Shown: positions 24,401-31,968 of the stretch, piece after piece
Layout of the letters: each line of letters opens with the position of its first letter
How positions within the stretch are numbered: the first letter of the stretch is position 1
Origin: a virus
Taxonomy: Duplodnaviria > Caudoviricetes
DNA length: 59,775 nucleotides
Reading direction: 5' to 3' (one strand)
IMG/VR virus record: IMGVR_UViG_3300035670_000230
Coordinates: 1 to 59,775 of that record
Position numbers and translations under genes: made by a program
Notes under the pieces: generated by a model
Database searches by the model: none
What the model saw: only the letters and a program-made list of their open reading frames with translations
What the model was told of the DNA's origin: nothing

Positions 24401-27400
24401 ATCTGCAAGTACCTCCTTCATAAATGCCACTGTAGCTGGCGCATTGTCGTTAAGAATTTGTTGTGTTTCAGCGGTAGCAGTAGTATACAAAGCCCATATC
24501 TGCGCAAACAACTCATGGCGAATTTGGTTTGAATCTAAACCTTTTCTTTCATTAGGGTCTAGTGGGTATGCAAAAATAACATTTGCGTCTTCGTTAATTC
24601 TGCGTAGCTTTGCAATTTCTACAGATACTGCCCCCATAGGGACAACTTTACCGTTTACAAGTTTAATATTTAACCTAGGGTCAGAAGAGTAAGTATCTTG
24701 ACCTTGTACAACTTGATCTACAGCGTGGCCTACTTCGTGAGCCATTGTCCATTTAGCAAAACCTCGATCAGCAGCAATATCTTGGCGCAAAACCACTGAC
24801 ACCTTTTGATCGATGTTGGTAATGATTCCATCCCAGTCTACATTCATGTTGTAGCTGACAAAGAACTGACCAACAGCATTAAACGCATTGCTGATCCCTA
24901 GTGAGTCATACGCACTACGAAGTTCAGCAATGCCTTCATAAACATCAGACATCTCATCAAGAGATGCGTCCTCAATAAACAAACTCTGATCGGTTCTAGT
25001 TAGCTCCTGAACCTGTTTCTCCGCACGACGCCGCATTGCGTTGACTTTTGGCTTGGCAACAGGAGTAGTAGGAGCAAACGGAGCTTCGGGCAGCACATAG
25101 ATGAAACCACCGTTGAACTCACCAAGCTGGGGTTTAATTTTATTTAAAAACAATTCGTGGCTAGTGTTGATGCAGCCATAGCTAATTCGATTGTCTTTAA
25201 CATCTGGCGAGGCTAAGCGCTCAAGGCGTCTATCATTTACGTTTCCAAGCCAAGCTGGATGCACTGCAATAATGCCTTTATTAAAACTGGTTTCGGCAAG
25301 ATCTAAACGATAGCCGCCTTCGTAGTCAGAATCTTCCACGACTTCCAAAGTAAATTTGCCTGCAGGGGTTATTTTTTTACCACCATTTAGCGAATCGCCC
25401 TGAAACGTATCTCCAATGTCTGCCCCAAAAAGCGCAGTGTCGGAAGCTAAATGTTGACCACTGGAGAAAAACATGTGGAGCTTGCCATTACGTTTGTCGG
25501 CAATCATAAACCCACGTTGTTTTTCTTTGGCTAATGGAGCGACTTGTCGGTAAATAATTTTTGCTTCTTCGCTCATTTGGTTAGCAACTTCAGTCGGAAC
25601 AGTAGCTTCTGTTTGTCTAGCTTGAATACTAGCGTAGGCTTCTTGCAGGTTAAAGTTAAACCCGTTACCAGTAATGTTGGGGTTAAATACGATTGCTGCT
25701 GCGATTGCAGCTTTAGCCAACTGCTGGATAACGCCACGAATCTTGGCGGCAACAAATTCTGCGCCTTCATTTATATAATTGGTAATGTCTTGGCTTAGTT
25801 TACTAAGGAATAGGTCAGTTCCTGCTTTATCGCCATAGTGGGACTCAAGCAACTTAGTCTGCGAGTTATTTAGTTTGGAAGTTTGCTCAAGCAGCAGTGT
25901 ACGCTGAGCCTCAGGAATAACAGTAGCTTCCACATCGATGGTACGGCTGTCATCTACGATGCGCTGTAGGTCCCGCATATTCATCTGCGCAGGATCAATT
26001 TCCACCAATGCAGCCCGTTGGGCGTCAGTTAACTTATCCCATGTGGGTAGTGCATCGTCAACTAACTGGCGAAGTTCGTTGTATTTAGTTTCAGCCGCTT
26101 CTTGTTTGGTAAGAACTACCGCAGCCTGCGTTGTCTGTGTAGACGGTGCCTTGGTTGTACCTGTAGTGGTTACTTGTGTTGATTTTCTGGCTTCTATAGC
26201 TCTAGGAGATCCAAAAATATTAAAAAGTAAATTTCCACTTTCTAAGTCGCCGGGGTAATGAACCATTAAGGTATCCCCGTCAACGGAACGTCTTTGCTTT
26301 AGGCTATGAGGCTCAGAGCTAGTTGTCCCTAGATCAAAGTCCATTTGAAAAACTTCATTATTTCTACCACGACCCATTAAAACTAAAGTGTGTCGTTTAA
26401 TTTCGCTATTAGGTAAGTCTCTAACTTCGTATTTAGCTTGTATTTCACCATCGGTAACGTTCTCAAGTGTTTTAAACTCAGAATTTTTCCTAATAGCAGT
26501 AAGTTGGCCTGAGCCTACCATTTGAAAATTTTGTGTTGAAAGTGGTTTAAATCGATTTAAGTATTCCTGTAAACGCCCAAACTGCTTATTTGGGTATCTA
26601 ACTAAACCTGAGTACGACACTCCAGCTTCTATGCGTTCACGAGATTGCGCATCTGGTTCAAACCCACGTTTTTCGTAAAACTTAACTAATTCTTCTTGGC
26701 TAAGTTTTTTACCGGACTGTGTATCAGCAGCAGCTACAACAGTTAAAGTAAGGTTATTTTTATCTGCCCAAGTTGTAATGCTGTTTAATAATTTTGAACC
26801 AGCACCCTGACCCGGATCTTTTGCAGTTAACAAGCCCAACTTCCACGTATTTGAATTTCGTGCTGGGTCGTTATGTAATTGTGCTCTAGCACCCTGTGCT
26901 TCAAATGAAAACGTATTGATTGTTGATTTAGGAAAATCAGGATCTTTTGGTCTAAGCGCAACAGCTACTCCCGGGACATCCGGTAGTACTACTTCTTCTT
27001 TTTGGGTTTGGGTTTCACCTTCTGCGGCAGGTTCTTTGGCGACCCGTACTTTTTGGCCCACTTTTTCGCCAACTCTGGCTTTTGGCTGAACAGATACTTT
27101 CTCTGTTTCTCGCTTTGGAACGGCACTTGGCTCTCCTTTAGCATCGAGGACTTCGGTTTCGATCAGACTATCAATTAATTTTTCGTCGGTATAAACACCT
27201 TGCTTCCCAAGATTAACAAAAGGAAGCCTTTCGCCATCCACTTTAATGTTAAACCCAGCAACTTGGTTTGGCTCTTCAATGCTACGAATAATAGTTAACG
27301 TAGCTGGCTGACCTTCAAAAGTTACTCGATGTTTTGTTTTGGTTTCCTTTACTTCTCGCTTTGGAACGGCATCGTCTCCCTCCTGTGTAGGCTCGCTAGT

Positions 27401-30400
27401 CCGTCTTCTAATATTAGCTTCAGATAATTTTTTAGCAGTCTCTATTCTATTTTCAAGCCTGTTGTTTAACTCAGTAACAATCTGATCTTTGAAAAATTGA
27501 TCGTCGTTAAGCTCTGCATCAATAGCCAAGGCAGATAGATGGTCTGGATTTTTGACTTGAGTTAGATCATTACCTGCATCTTCGTATGCTTTATTAGCGG
27601 CACTTAGTTGTTTTGAGGTTGGTTTGTTCCCAACTTCAATAGCATCAAGCGCTTCGATAACACGAGCATAGGCTTGATTGTTAGTTTCTACAGCGTTATT
27701 TTTTTCTTGTATGCTGTCCGAAGTACGACCCTTAGCTATGATAGAGGCGTCTTCTGCACCAAGCTCTCGTTCATCAATCCTTAGTTCTTGTACTTCTGCT
27801 TCAGTTATCTGCGCTTGATCTTGTTGGGTTCGCAAAGTTTCTATTAAATTATTCAAATACTCGGTGGACTGTTCATTTGAAAGTCTAAGTTCCACCATTG
27901 CAGCTTTGATACCATTTTCAAATTTTTGACGATCAGCCCCCATAAGAGCTTTAACTGTGCGATTCCAATCTTTTTTGATGGTATCTACGCTGCGATTAAA
28001 TCGTTTAGCTAATTGCTCTACTGTTTCATCTCGATTTTCTTGGGTAGTACCGTACATTTCAAGCACAAATTCCCGTTTGACTTTTTGTTTGTCAGCGGGG
28101 TACATACGGTTAATAGCAATTCGTAAAATTTCATCTGCAAGTTTGCTGTTGTTATCTAATGTCTGCTCGTTTGCAAGGGCAGTTACAACTTCTCGGTTAG
28201 CTGCATTAGCCTCTACAGCGTTAAACCATGCTTCTTGGAGGCTAGGGTCAAGGTCAGTAAACTTAATATTGATTTCAAATCGCTGGGCAATACCATCAAA
28301 TATCCTGCTGGCAACATCTACATCTTCTTCTGGTCTAGTGGCAGCAGGGCTAGTTCTGCCAGTTTGCGAAGCCCCTGTAGTTGGCGTTGAAGCGACTGCT
28401 CCTGTTGCTGGGGTTCCAGTTGTTGTAATCCCAGTCGTTCTACCCACCGCTGTTTGCGGGCCTTGTCCAGTTCTTGCTGTAGATTGAAGTCCACTTGGTG
28501 CTCCTGTTCGTTTAACTGCTGCAATAGCATCATCAACTTCTTCTGTGCGATTAAAAACAGCTTCAGTTTCTATAAATTGCGGTAGGGTTAACCCTAAGCG
28601 TCTAGCTACCTCTGCTCGTTGTTCATTTGGTAAAGCGTCATATTGAGCAAATACTTGTTCCGCATAATCCCTTTGTGCTGTTGGGGCAGGTTGTCCTGTC
28701 ATTAATCCTAAAGTACCAGCCGCAGGGGTGGTGGTTGGTGCTGCAGTTGTAGTTGGTGCTGCAGTTGTAGTTGGGCCTTCCGTCAATCGTTGGAAAGCTG
28801 GTGACATCTGACCAGTTAGAGCCTCGTAAATACGAGCCAATGGTTCTACAGACTTAGGTGATTTGGCCTGACCAATCTGGAACTCTAATATATTAGCGGC
28901 ATCGTTTAGGGTAGCTGCACCATCAAGCTGATACTTTTTAATGACACCATCGATACCACCAAGAATGCCCTTGGCTGAAGGCTGACCACTTAGGGGGATA
29001 CCCGAGGCTACGATTGCAGACTCAAGTTGTACACGCTCTGGGTCTTTGTTCTGGTTAGCTTGAGCAATTTCACTAACGATCTGGTTTACACGAGGCACAC
29101 CCATAACGGTCTTACCGGCGATGGTAAATGCTTGTGTGGGAACACCGGGACCGGGAGGAACTTGCCTTACACCATATGTTTGGGCTACTTGTTGTGCAAC
29201 TGCTGGGTCAATTTGTGGAGCCTGCGCTTGTGGCGGCTGAGCGCCCTGAGTTTGTTGCGCTGCGGGTTGTGCGGCACGGGCTGGTGCCGAGGGTACTCCA
29301 TACACATCACCAGCAGTTTGTGGGCGCTCGATGCCACCGGGGCCAGCAACCATTTGACCAGTCGGTTCATTAAGAGCAGCCTCCATGGATTGGCGGGTTG
29401 GTCGTTCGCCTTCTGGTCTTGTGACACCCGTAATCTGGTTAATAAGATCCTGTGTGGATAGACCAGCCCCCGGCTGGACGTTAATTCTTGAAGTATCTAT
29501 GCCTTGATTAAGCGCACCTTGGGCATCTTTGGTTAGGTCAAGCGGTTCTACGGAACGACGCCATCCACCGCCAAGGGTTCCAAAAGTTTTACCTAGGGCA
29601 AATCCACCAATGGCAGATTCTGTAAATCGCTCTCTGGCTTCAGGACTTAAAAACTCTTCTGACGGATCTACAGCCATACGACCCACTTGGCTAAGACCTT
29701 CTTGCCCTGTTTCAGAAAGAGATTCAGTAGCACCAACTCGTAAGCCAGTAACACCAGCTCTAGTTAGACCACCACGAAATCCTTTAAGTGCATCAAGCCC
29801 TTCGCCCATACTTCTAAAAGCACCAAGTCTGGCAGCAGCACCTTCAACACCTATGACATTAAGAGCGGCAAAAGGCACACCCAAAGCTGCAGCAGTTCCT
29901 AAATCGGCAGTGCCAGTTTGTTCCCGTTGTGCTTGTAGTATTTCGCCAACAGAAGATGGGTAGCTAGTAACGGCAGCACCGGTTAAAGGCGCTCTTGCAC
30001 CACCTAACAATGCACTACCACCTAACAATGCACGACCAGCTAAGCCACCAACTGCAGCTTCGGCAATATAAGGAGAACTTCCAATGGCTAAACCACCAAT
30101 ATAACTTGGCACGTCGCCAATACCACGAATGTCTTTATAGCTTTCGATACCGCCTAGTTCTCTAGCAGCTCTGGATGCTACGGCAGCTTCAAATTCGTTA
30201 GCTCGTCTACGTTCTGCAAGTGATTCTTGAGCACCTGTAAAGCCTAAACCACCAGTTGCGGCTTCGCCAAGACCATAAAAACCAGCCTGATAGCGATCAA
30301 GAGCAGCACCAAAACGCTGTCCAGTTACACCAGATTCGCTAGGCTTATATCCAAGAGTGTTAGCAATCTCAACAGGATCGGCCTGAACAAAGTCAGCATA

Positions 30401-30484
30401 TGCAGAAATTAAGTCTTCGTCGGTTTTGTCTTGCCACTGACCACCGGCTTGCCTACGAAGATCTTGGATGGTGCGAATTGGCAT
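21440..30484 (-). CDS. 3014-aa polyvalent internal virion/ejection protein
   Basis: Last large gene of the ejection cluster; contains a sigma-region-4-like HTH, GNAT, L,D-transpeptidase-like, HExxH and PLxRFG-like (YAPLKRIGKY) segments. Confidence 0.85.
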   Translation of the reverse strand: MPIRTIQDLRRQAGGQWQDKTDEDLISAYADFVQADPVEIANTLGYKPSESGVTGQRFGAALDRYQAGFYGLGEAATGGLGFTGAQESLAERRRANEFEAAVASRAARELGGIESYKDIRGIGDVPSYIGGLAIGSSPYIAEAAVGGLAGRALLGGSALLGGARAPLTGAAVTSYPSSVGEILQAQREQTGTADLGTAAALGVPFAALNVIGVEGAAARLGAFRSMGEGLDALKGFRGGLTRAGVTGLRVGATESLSETGQEGLSQVGRMAVDPSEEFLSPEARERFTESAIGGFALGKTFGTLGGGWRRSVEPLDLTKDAQGALNQGIDTSRINVQPGAGLSTQDLINQITGVTRPEGERPTRQSMEAALNEPTGQMVAGPGGIERPQTAGDVYGVPSAPARAAQPAAQQTQGAQPPQAQAPQIDPAVAQQVAQTYGVRQVPPGPGVPTQAFTIAGKTVMGVPRVNQIVSEIAQANQNKDPERVQLESAIVASGIPLSGQPSAKGILGGIDGVIKKYQLDGAATLNDAANILEFQIGQAKSPKSVEPLARIYEALTGQMSPAFQRLTEGPTTTAAPTTTAAPTTTPAAGTLGLMTGQPAPTAQRDYAEQVFAQYDALPNEQRAEVARRLGLTLPQFIETEAVFNRTEEVDDAIAAVKRTGAPSGLQSTARTGQGPQTAVGRTTGITTTGTPATGAVASTPTTGASQTGRTSPAATRPEEDVDVASRIFDGIAQRFEINIKFTDLDPSLQEAWFNAVEANAANREVVTALANEQTLDNNSKLADEILRIAINRMYPADKQKVKREFVLEMYGTTQENRDETVEQLAKRFNRSVDTIKKDWNRTVKALMGADRQKFENGIKAAMVELRLSNEQSTEYLNNLIETLRTQQDQAQITEAEVQELRIDERELGAEDASIIAKGRTSDSIQEKNNAVETNNQAYARVIEALDAIEVGNKPTSKQLSAANKAYEDAGNDLTQVKNPDHLSALAIDAELNDDQFFKDQIVTELNNRLENRIETAKKLSEANIRRRTSEPTQEGDDAVPKREVKETKTKHRVTFEGQPATLTIIRSIEEPNQVAGFNIKVDGERLPFVNLGKQGVYTDEKLIDSLIETEVLDAKGEPSAVPKRETEKVSVQPKARVGEKVGQKVRVAKEPAAEGETQTQKEEVVLPDVPGVAVALRPKDPDFPKSTINTFSFEAQGARAQLHNDPARNSNTWKLGLLTAKDPGQGAGSKLLNSITTWADKNNLTLTVVAAADTQSGKKLSQEELVKFYEKRGFEPDAQSRERIEAGVSYSGLVRYPNKQFGRLQEYLNRFKPLSTQNFQMVGSGQLTAIRKNSEFKTLENVTDGEIQAKYEVRDLPNSEIKRHTLVLMGRGRNNEVFQMDFDLGTTSSEPHSLKQRRSVDGDTLMVHYPGDLESGNLLFNIFGSPRAIEARKSTQVTTTGTTKAPSTQTTQAAVVLTKQEAAETKYNELRQLVDDALPTWDKLTDAQRAALVEIDPAQMNMRDLQRIVDDSRTIDVEATVIPEAQRTLLLEQTSKLNNSQTKLLESHYGDKAGTDLFLSKLSQDITNYINEGAEFVAAKIRGVIQQLAKAAIAAAIVFNPNITGNGFNFNLQEAYASIQARQTEATVPTEVANQMSEEAKIIYRQVAPLAKEKQRGFMIADKRNGKLHMFFSSGQHLASDTALFGADIGDTFQGDSLNGGKKITPAGKFTLEVVEDSDYEGGYRLDLAETSFNKGIIAVHPAWLGNVNDRRLERLASPDVKDNRISYGCINTSHELFLNKIKPQLGEFNGGFIYVLPEAPFAPTTPVAKPKVNAMRRRAEKQVQELTRTDQSLFIEDASLDEMSDVYEGIAELRSAYDSLGISNAFNAVGQFFVSYNMNVDWDGIITNIDQKVSVVLRQDIAADRGFAKWTMAHEVGHAVDQVVQGQDTYSSDPRLNIKLVNGKVVPMGAVSVEIAKLRRINEDANVIFAYPLDPNERKGLDSNQIRHELFAQIWALYTTATAETQQILNDNAPATVAFMKEVLADVQTTENFNATNLTGPAFDSRAERVDAGRGGISKEVAEALTTIARDVAAAQQNVPVARSRNARAAANVLNNIPPTVRSSSNSIYQTIRNWTRKGVDRVVFTEALINRAVESGIRSAAEFKQLMQARGVETRKFEKEVERIADMYALVPDKDRGTGSQSVNAFIYDSTRTKKWGFTPKWRTTGVAVDADLKTRFDALSSEAQSFIRAVFKHGDDTLAMKKKILLDYTNSEYDAQIKAAQADGNAELVAQLQKEKIADLKKFDTLFKLREGIPYAPLKRIGKYAVVAKSPEYRAAETADDKKRIRELEQDPNHYQVSFVDSDIQARNLQKQLQDQGFYGTNEDAVYYFEREKFQDELYGGDTMLAALSKLRATVERTGQDEKSTNQLRRIITDMYLHALADSSARKSELRRRAVPGEIDMLQSFALQGRADANFLAAVQYNNRTQEALQKMRKQAKQGGNRTRKSELLNELNGRYIQSLEYEPNQAVQKLNRITSVYFLASSPGYYLQNFTQPWMMSLPVMAGRHDYTKSANALYNAYFDLKDVMKSAKLFDQQFDFSKVPDDVKDVIETLVNRSQIDIGISTEMGEFTIEGQGPVTDTWNKVDKGLRLAVQKVEAINRLTTAIAAYRLELAKTGNRDVAIDYASSIINDTHGDYSAFNAPRMFNTNVGKVALQFRKFQLIQLGLLAKLIKNSFTKGPEQQVARKALGYILAQTAVLTGVMGMPGAAAIAWALEGLLGDEDEPFDIKGQIRDAIGNNDISNIVLYGSPNLAGVNLSGKIGMGNALSVMPFTEIKDLNGEKTYQIIGTLLGGPAGGMAARMADGMSYIAAGDEYKGLELMLPKGLGDAMRAVRIYSEGFTNRGGDVLLKPDQIGEVTAFWQALGLSPTQTSVRGEQQGRTIDLEQKFSSRSSTLKRQYSEATKDQDRTKQAELRRQWLDLQAARVRNGYPRKPMTELTNAPEQQRKREEQTSEGVPFTDSSRRFVERITA
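24235..24402 (-). CDS. Nested +1-frame ORF, 55 aa (MSKQQKTSTPQ...)
   Basis: AAGGAGGT 8 nt before ATG, inside a linker of the giant gene. Confidence 0.5.
   Translation of the reverse strand: MSKQQKTSTPQTSQAQRSIVEPRGSMRAGGEFLKRSQKPLRQSQETSPQPNKTSQ
26989..27126 (-). CDS. Nested +1-frame gene, 45 aa MPFQSEKQRKYLFSQKPELAKKWAKKYGSPKNLPQKVKPKPKKKK
   Basis: TAAAGGAGAG RBS plus GTG; the sequence resembles a standalone small phage protein family. Confidence 0.8.
   Translation of the reverse strand: MPFQSEKQRKYLFSQKPELAKKWAKKYGSPKNLPQKVKPKPKKKK
27107..27371. repeat. 19-bp direct repeat TTCTCGCTTTGGAACGGCA, 246 bp apart
   Basis: Copies at 27107-27125 and 27353-27371. Confidence 0.9.
28318..28494 (-). 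CDS. Nested +1-frame ORF, 58 aa (MDFNLQQELDKARKQRWVERLG...)
   Basis: CAGGAG-CACCAA-GTG; same GGAGnnCCAAGTG context as the 27126 start; amphipathic helical product. Confidence 0.6.
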   Translation of the reverse strand: MDFNLQQELDKARKQRWVERLGLQQLEPQQQEQSLQRQLQGLRKLAELALLPLDQKKM

Positions 30485-30493
30485 TTTTAATCC

Positions 30494-31966
30494 TTACTGA
30501 GGACCTAACAAACGCCCATACTGGCGTTCCCACTCTAAGTAATCCGGGTTAACCCTTGTTACACCACCACGAGTTGTAATTGTTTGTGGAGGAGGTTGGG
30601 GTATTGTATCTTGTCTTGCAGCAGCTCTAGCAGCACGAGGGCTTGCTGGGACTAAACCTTGTGTTGGTGCTTCTGGTCGTGATGCTACTGCCCCCGGTAA
30701 TGGAAGCCCGCCTTCAGGAATATCAGGTAAATTTGGAGTGCCCCCACCTCCGCCTCTAATACTGTTGATATACGCTATTGCTTCATTAGGAGGTAAGTCT
30801 CTTAAAGTTATTGGTTTACGATCAGCACCTTGCCCAACAACAGTATCCCCAAACACTTCCATAAATGACTTAACGTCGGCTGCAGTAAGTGGTTTTTCTG
30901 CAGTTAAACCTGCGCCAGCTCGTGGGCGATCACGACGTAAATATGAGGCATATTCGCTTGCTTGTTCTGCTTGAGCTTCTGATTTCTTAATATCGGCTTC
31001 TGTTTTTGCAAGCTCTAAAAATCCACCGGGCTTGGCAATGGCGTCCATGCGCATCATTATTTGATCGTCAGTACCTTGGGCAAAAACCCGTTGGTTGCCT
31101 GCTGTATCCGTTTGGATAATTTGGTTGCCCTCACGACGAAGGGTAAAACCATCGTTAACGCTGTCATACCAGCTAATAACGGAATCAACGCCTTTTGCCC
31201 TAGCTTGAGTGTAGTTTTGCTCAAACTTTTTGGCTTTGAGGGTAATGTCGTTTAGTTCAGCTTGAGTGTATTCGTTTCGCAGCTTAAGAGCTATAGCAGG
31301 ATCAAAGGCTTCTGTTGCGGCTAATATGGCAGCAGTTCTTTCTGTTGGATCTGCAAATTTTTGTTTGTTAATTTCTTGCAGTGCAGTATTGTAATCTTCT
31401 TGGCGTCGGGCCTGCCCTAGTTGTAAACCAGACAGTTCTTGCTGTTGCGCAAGCTGACGCATACGCATAGCTTCTTCAGGCATACCCTGCTGCTCGTAAA
31501 CCCTAGCCATCTCCTCGGTTCGTGCACGTTGGATCTCAGGCTGGGTAAAAGGAGTTTCTCGGGTAAGTCCACCAATTTGATATTGAGTTGTTTCAGGTAT
31601 ACGAACAGCTTCAGCAGGGGTCAACCGAGATTCAACGCCACGAGTGCCGGGTTGCACAACAGGAATTTGATCGGATCCGACTCCCGGTTGTATTTGATCT
31701 GGTCCAGCGGGTCTGGGTACTGTAGTTTCTACGTCAAAGTTAGGTTGGACATACCCATCCCGTACAGAATAATACGGACGCCCAGTTTCTGGGTTGATGC
31801 CAGCGCCCTCAAGGTTACGTATCATTTCTGGGTCAGCCATTGTCTGCTGACTAGGCTCTAACGATCCTGCACGTTGTAAACCTTTACGCAATTCTTCTTT
31901 ACGGCGGCGCTCTTCTGCAGCGCTAACTACGTCGTATCCTGCACGAAATCCTGATGCAAACCCCAT
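30494..31966 (-). CDS. Internal virion/ejection protein
   Basis: 'MGFASGFRAG' N-terminus, Gln/Ala-rich helical sequence, gene position. Confidence 0.7.
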   Translation of the reverse strand: MGFASGFRAGYDVVSAAEERRRKEELRKGLQRAGSLEPSQQTMADPEMIRNLEGAGINPETGRPYYSVRDGYVQPNFDVETTVPRPAGPDQIQPGVGSDQIPVVQPGTRGVESRLTPAEAVRIPETTQYQIGGLTRETPFTQPEIQRARTEEMARVYEQQGMPEEAMRMRQLAQQQELSGLQLGQARRQEDYNTALQEINKQKFADPTERTAAILAATEAFDPAIALKLRNEYTQAELNDITLKAKKFEQNYTQARAKGVDSVISWYDSVNDGFTLRREGNQIIQTDTAGNQRVFAQGTDDQIMMRMDAIAKPGGFLELAKTEADIKKSEAQAEQASEYASYLRRDRPRAGAGLTAEKPLTAADVKSFMEVFGDTVVGQGADRKPITLRDLPPNEAIAYINSIRGGGGGTPNLPDIPEGGLPLPGAVASRPEAPTQGLVPASPRAARAAARQDTIPQPPPQTITTRGGVTRVNPDYLEWERQYGRLLGPQ

Positions 31967-31968
31967 GA

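Noticed and set aside
25573-25770. +1-frame ORF of 65 aa in the giant gene
   Set aside because: No SD upstream, and it overlaps apparently structured frame-0 sequence.
28734-28774. 18-bp tandem duplication (PTTTAA) in the giant gene
   Set aside because: Ordinary slippage in a low-complexity linker.
29185-29370. Fourth nested +1 ORF (MNRLVKWLLAP...) with GGAGG 9 nt upstream
   Set aside because: The product looks like the shadow of an A/P/Q-rich frame 0. Not supportable without conservation data, though worth including in the nested-ORF test.
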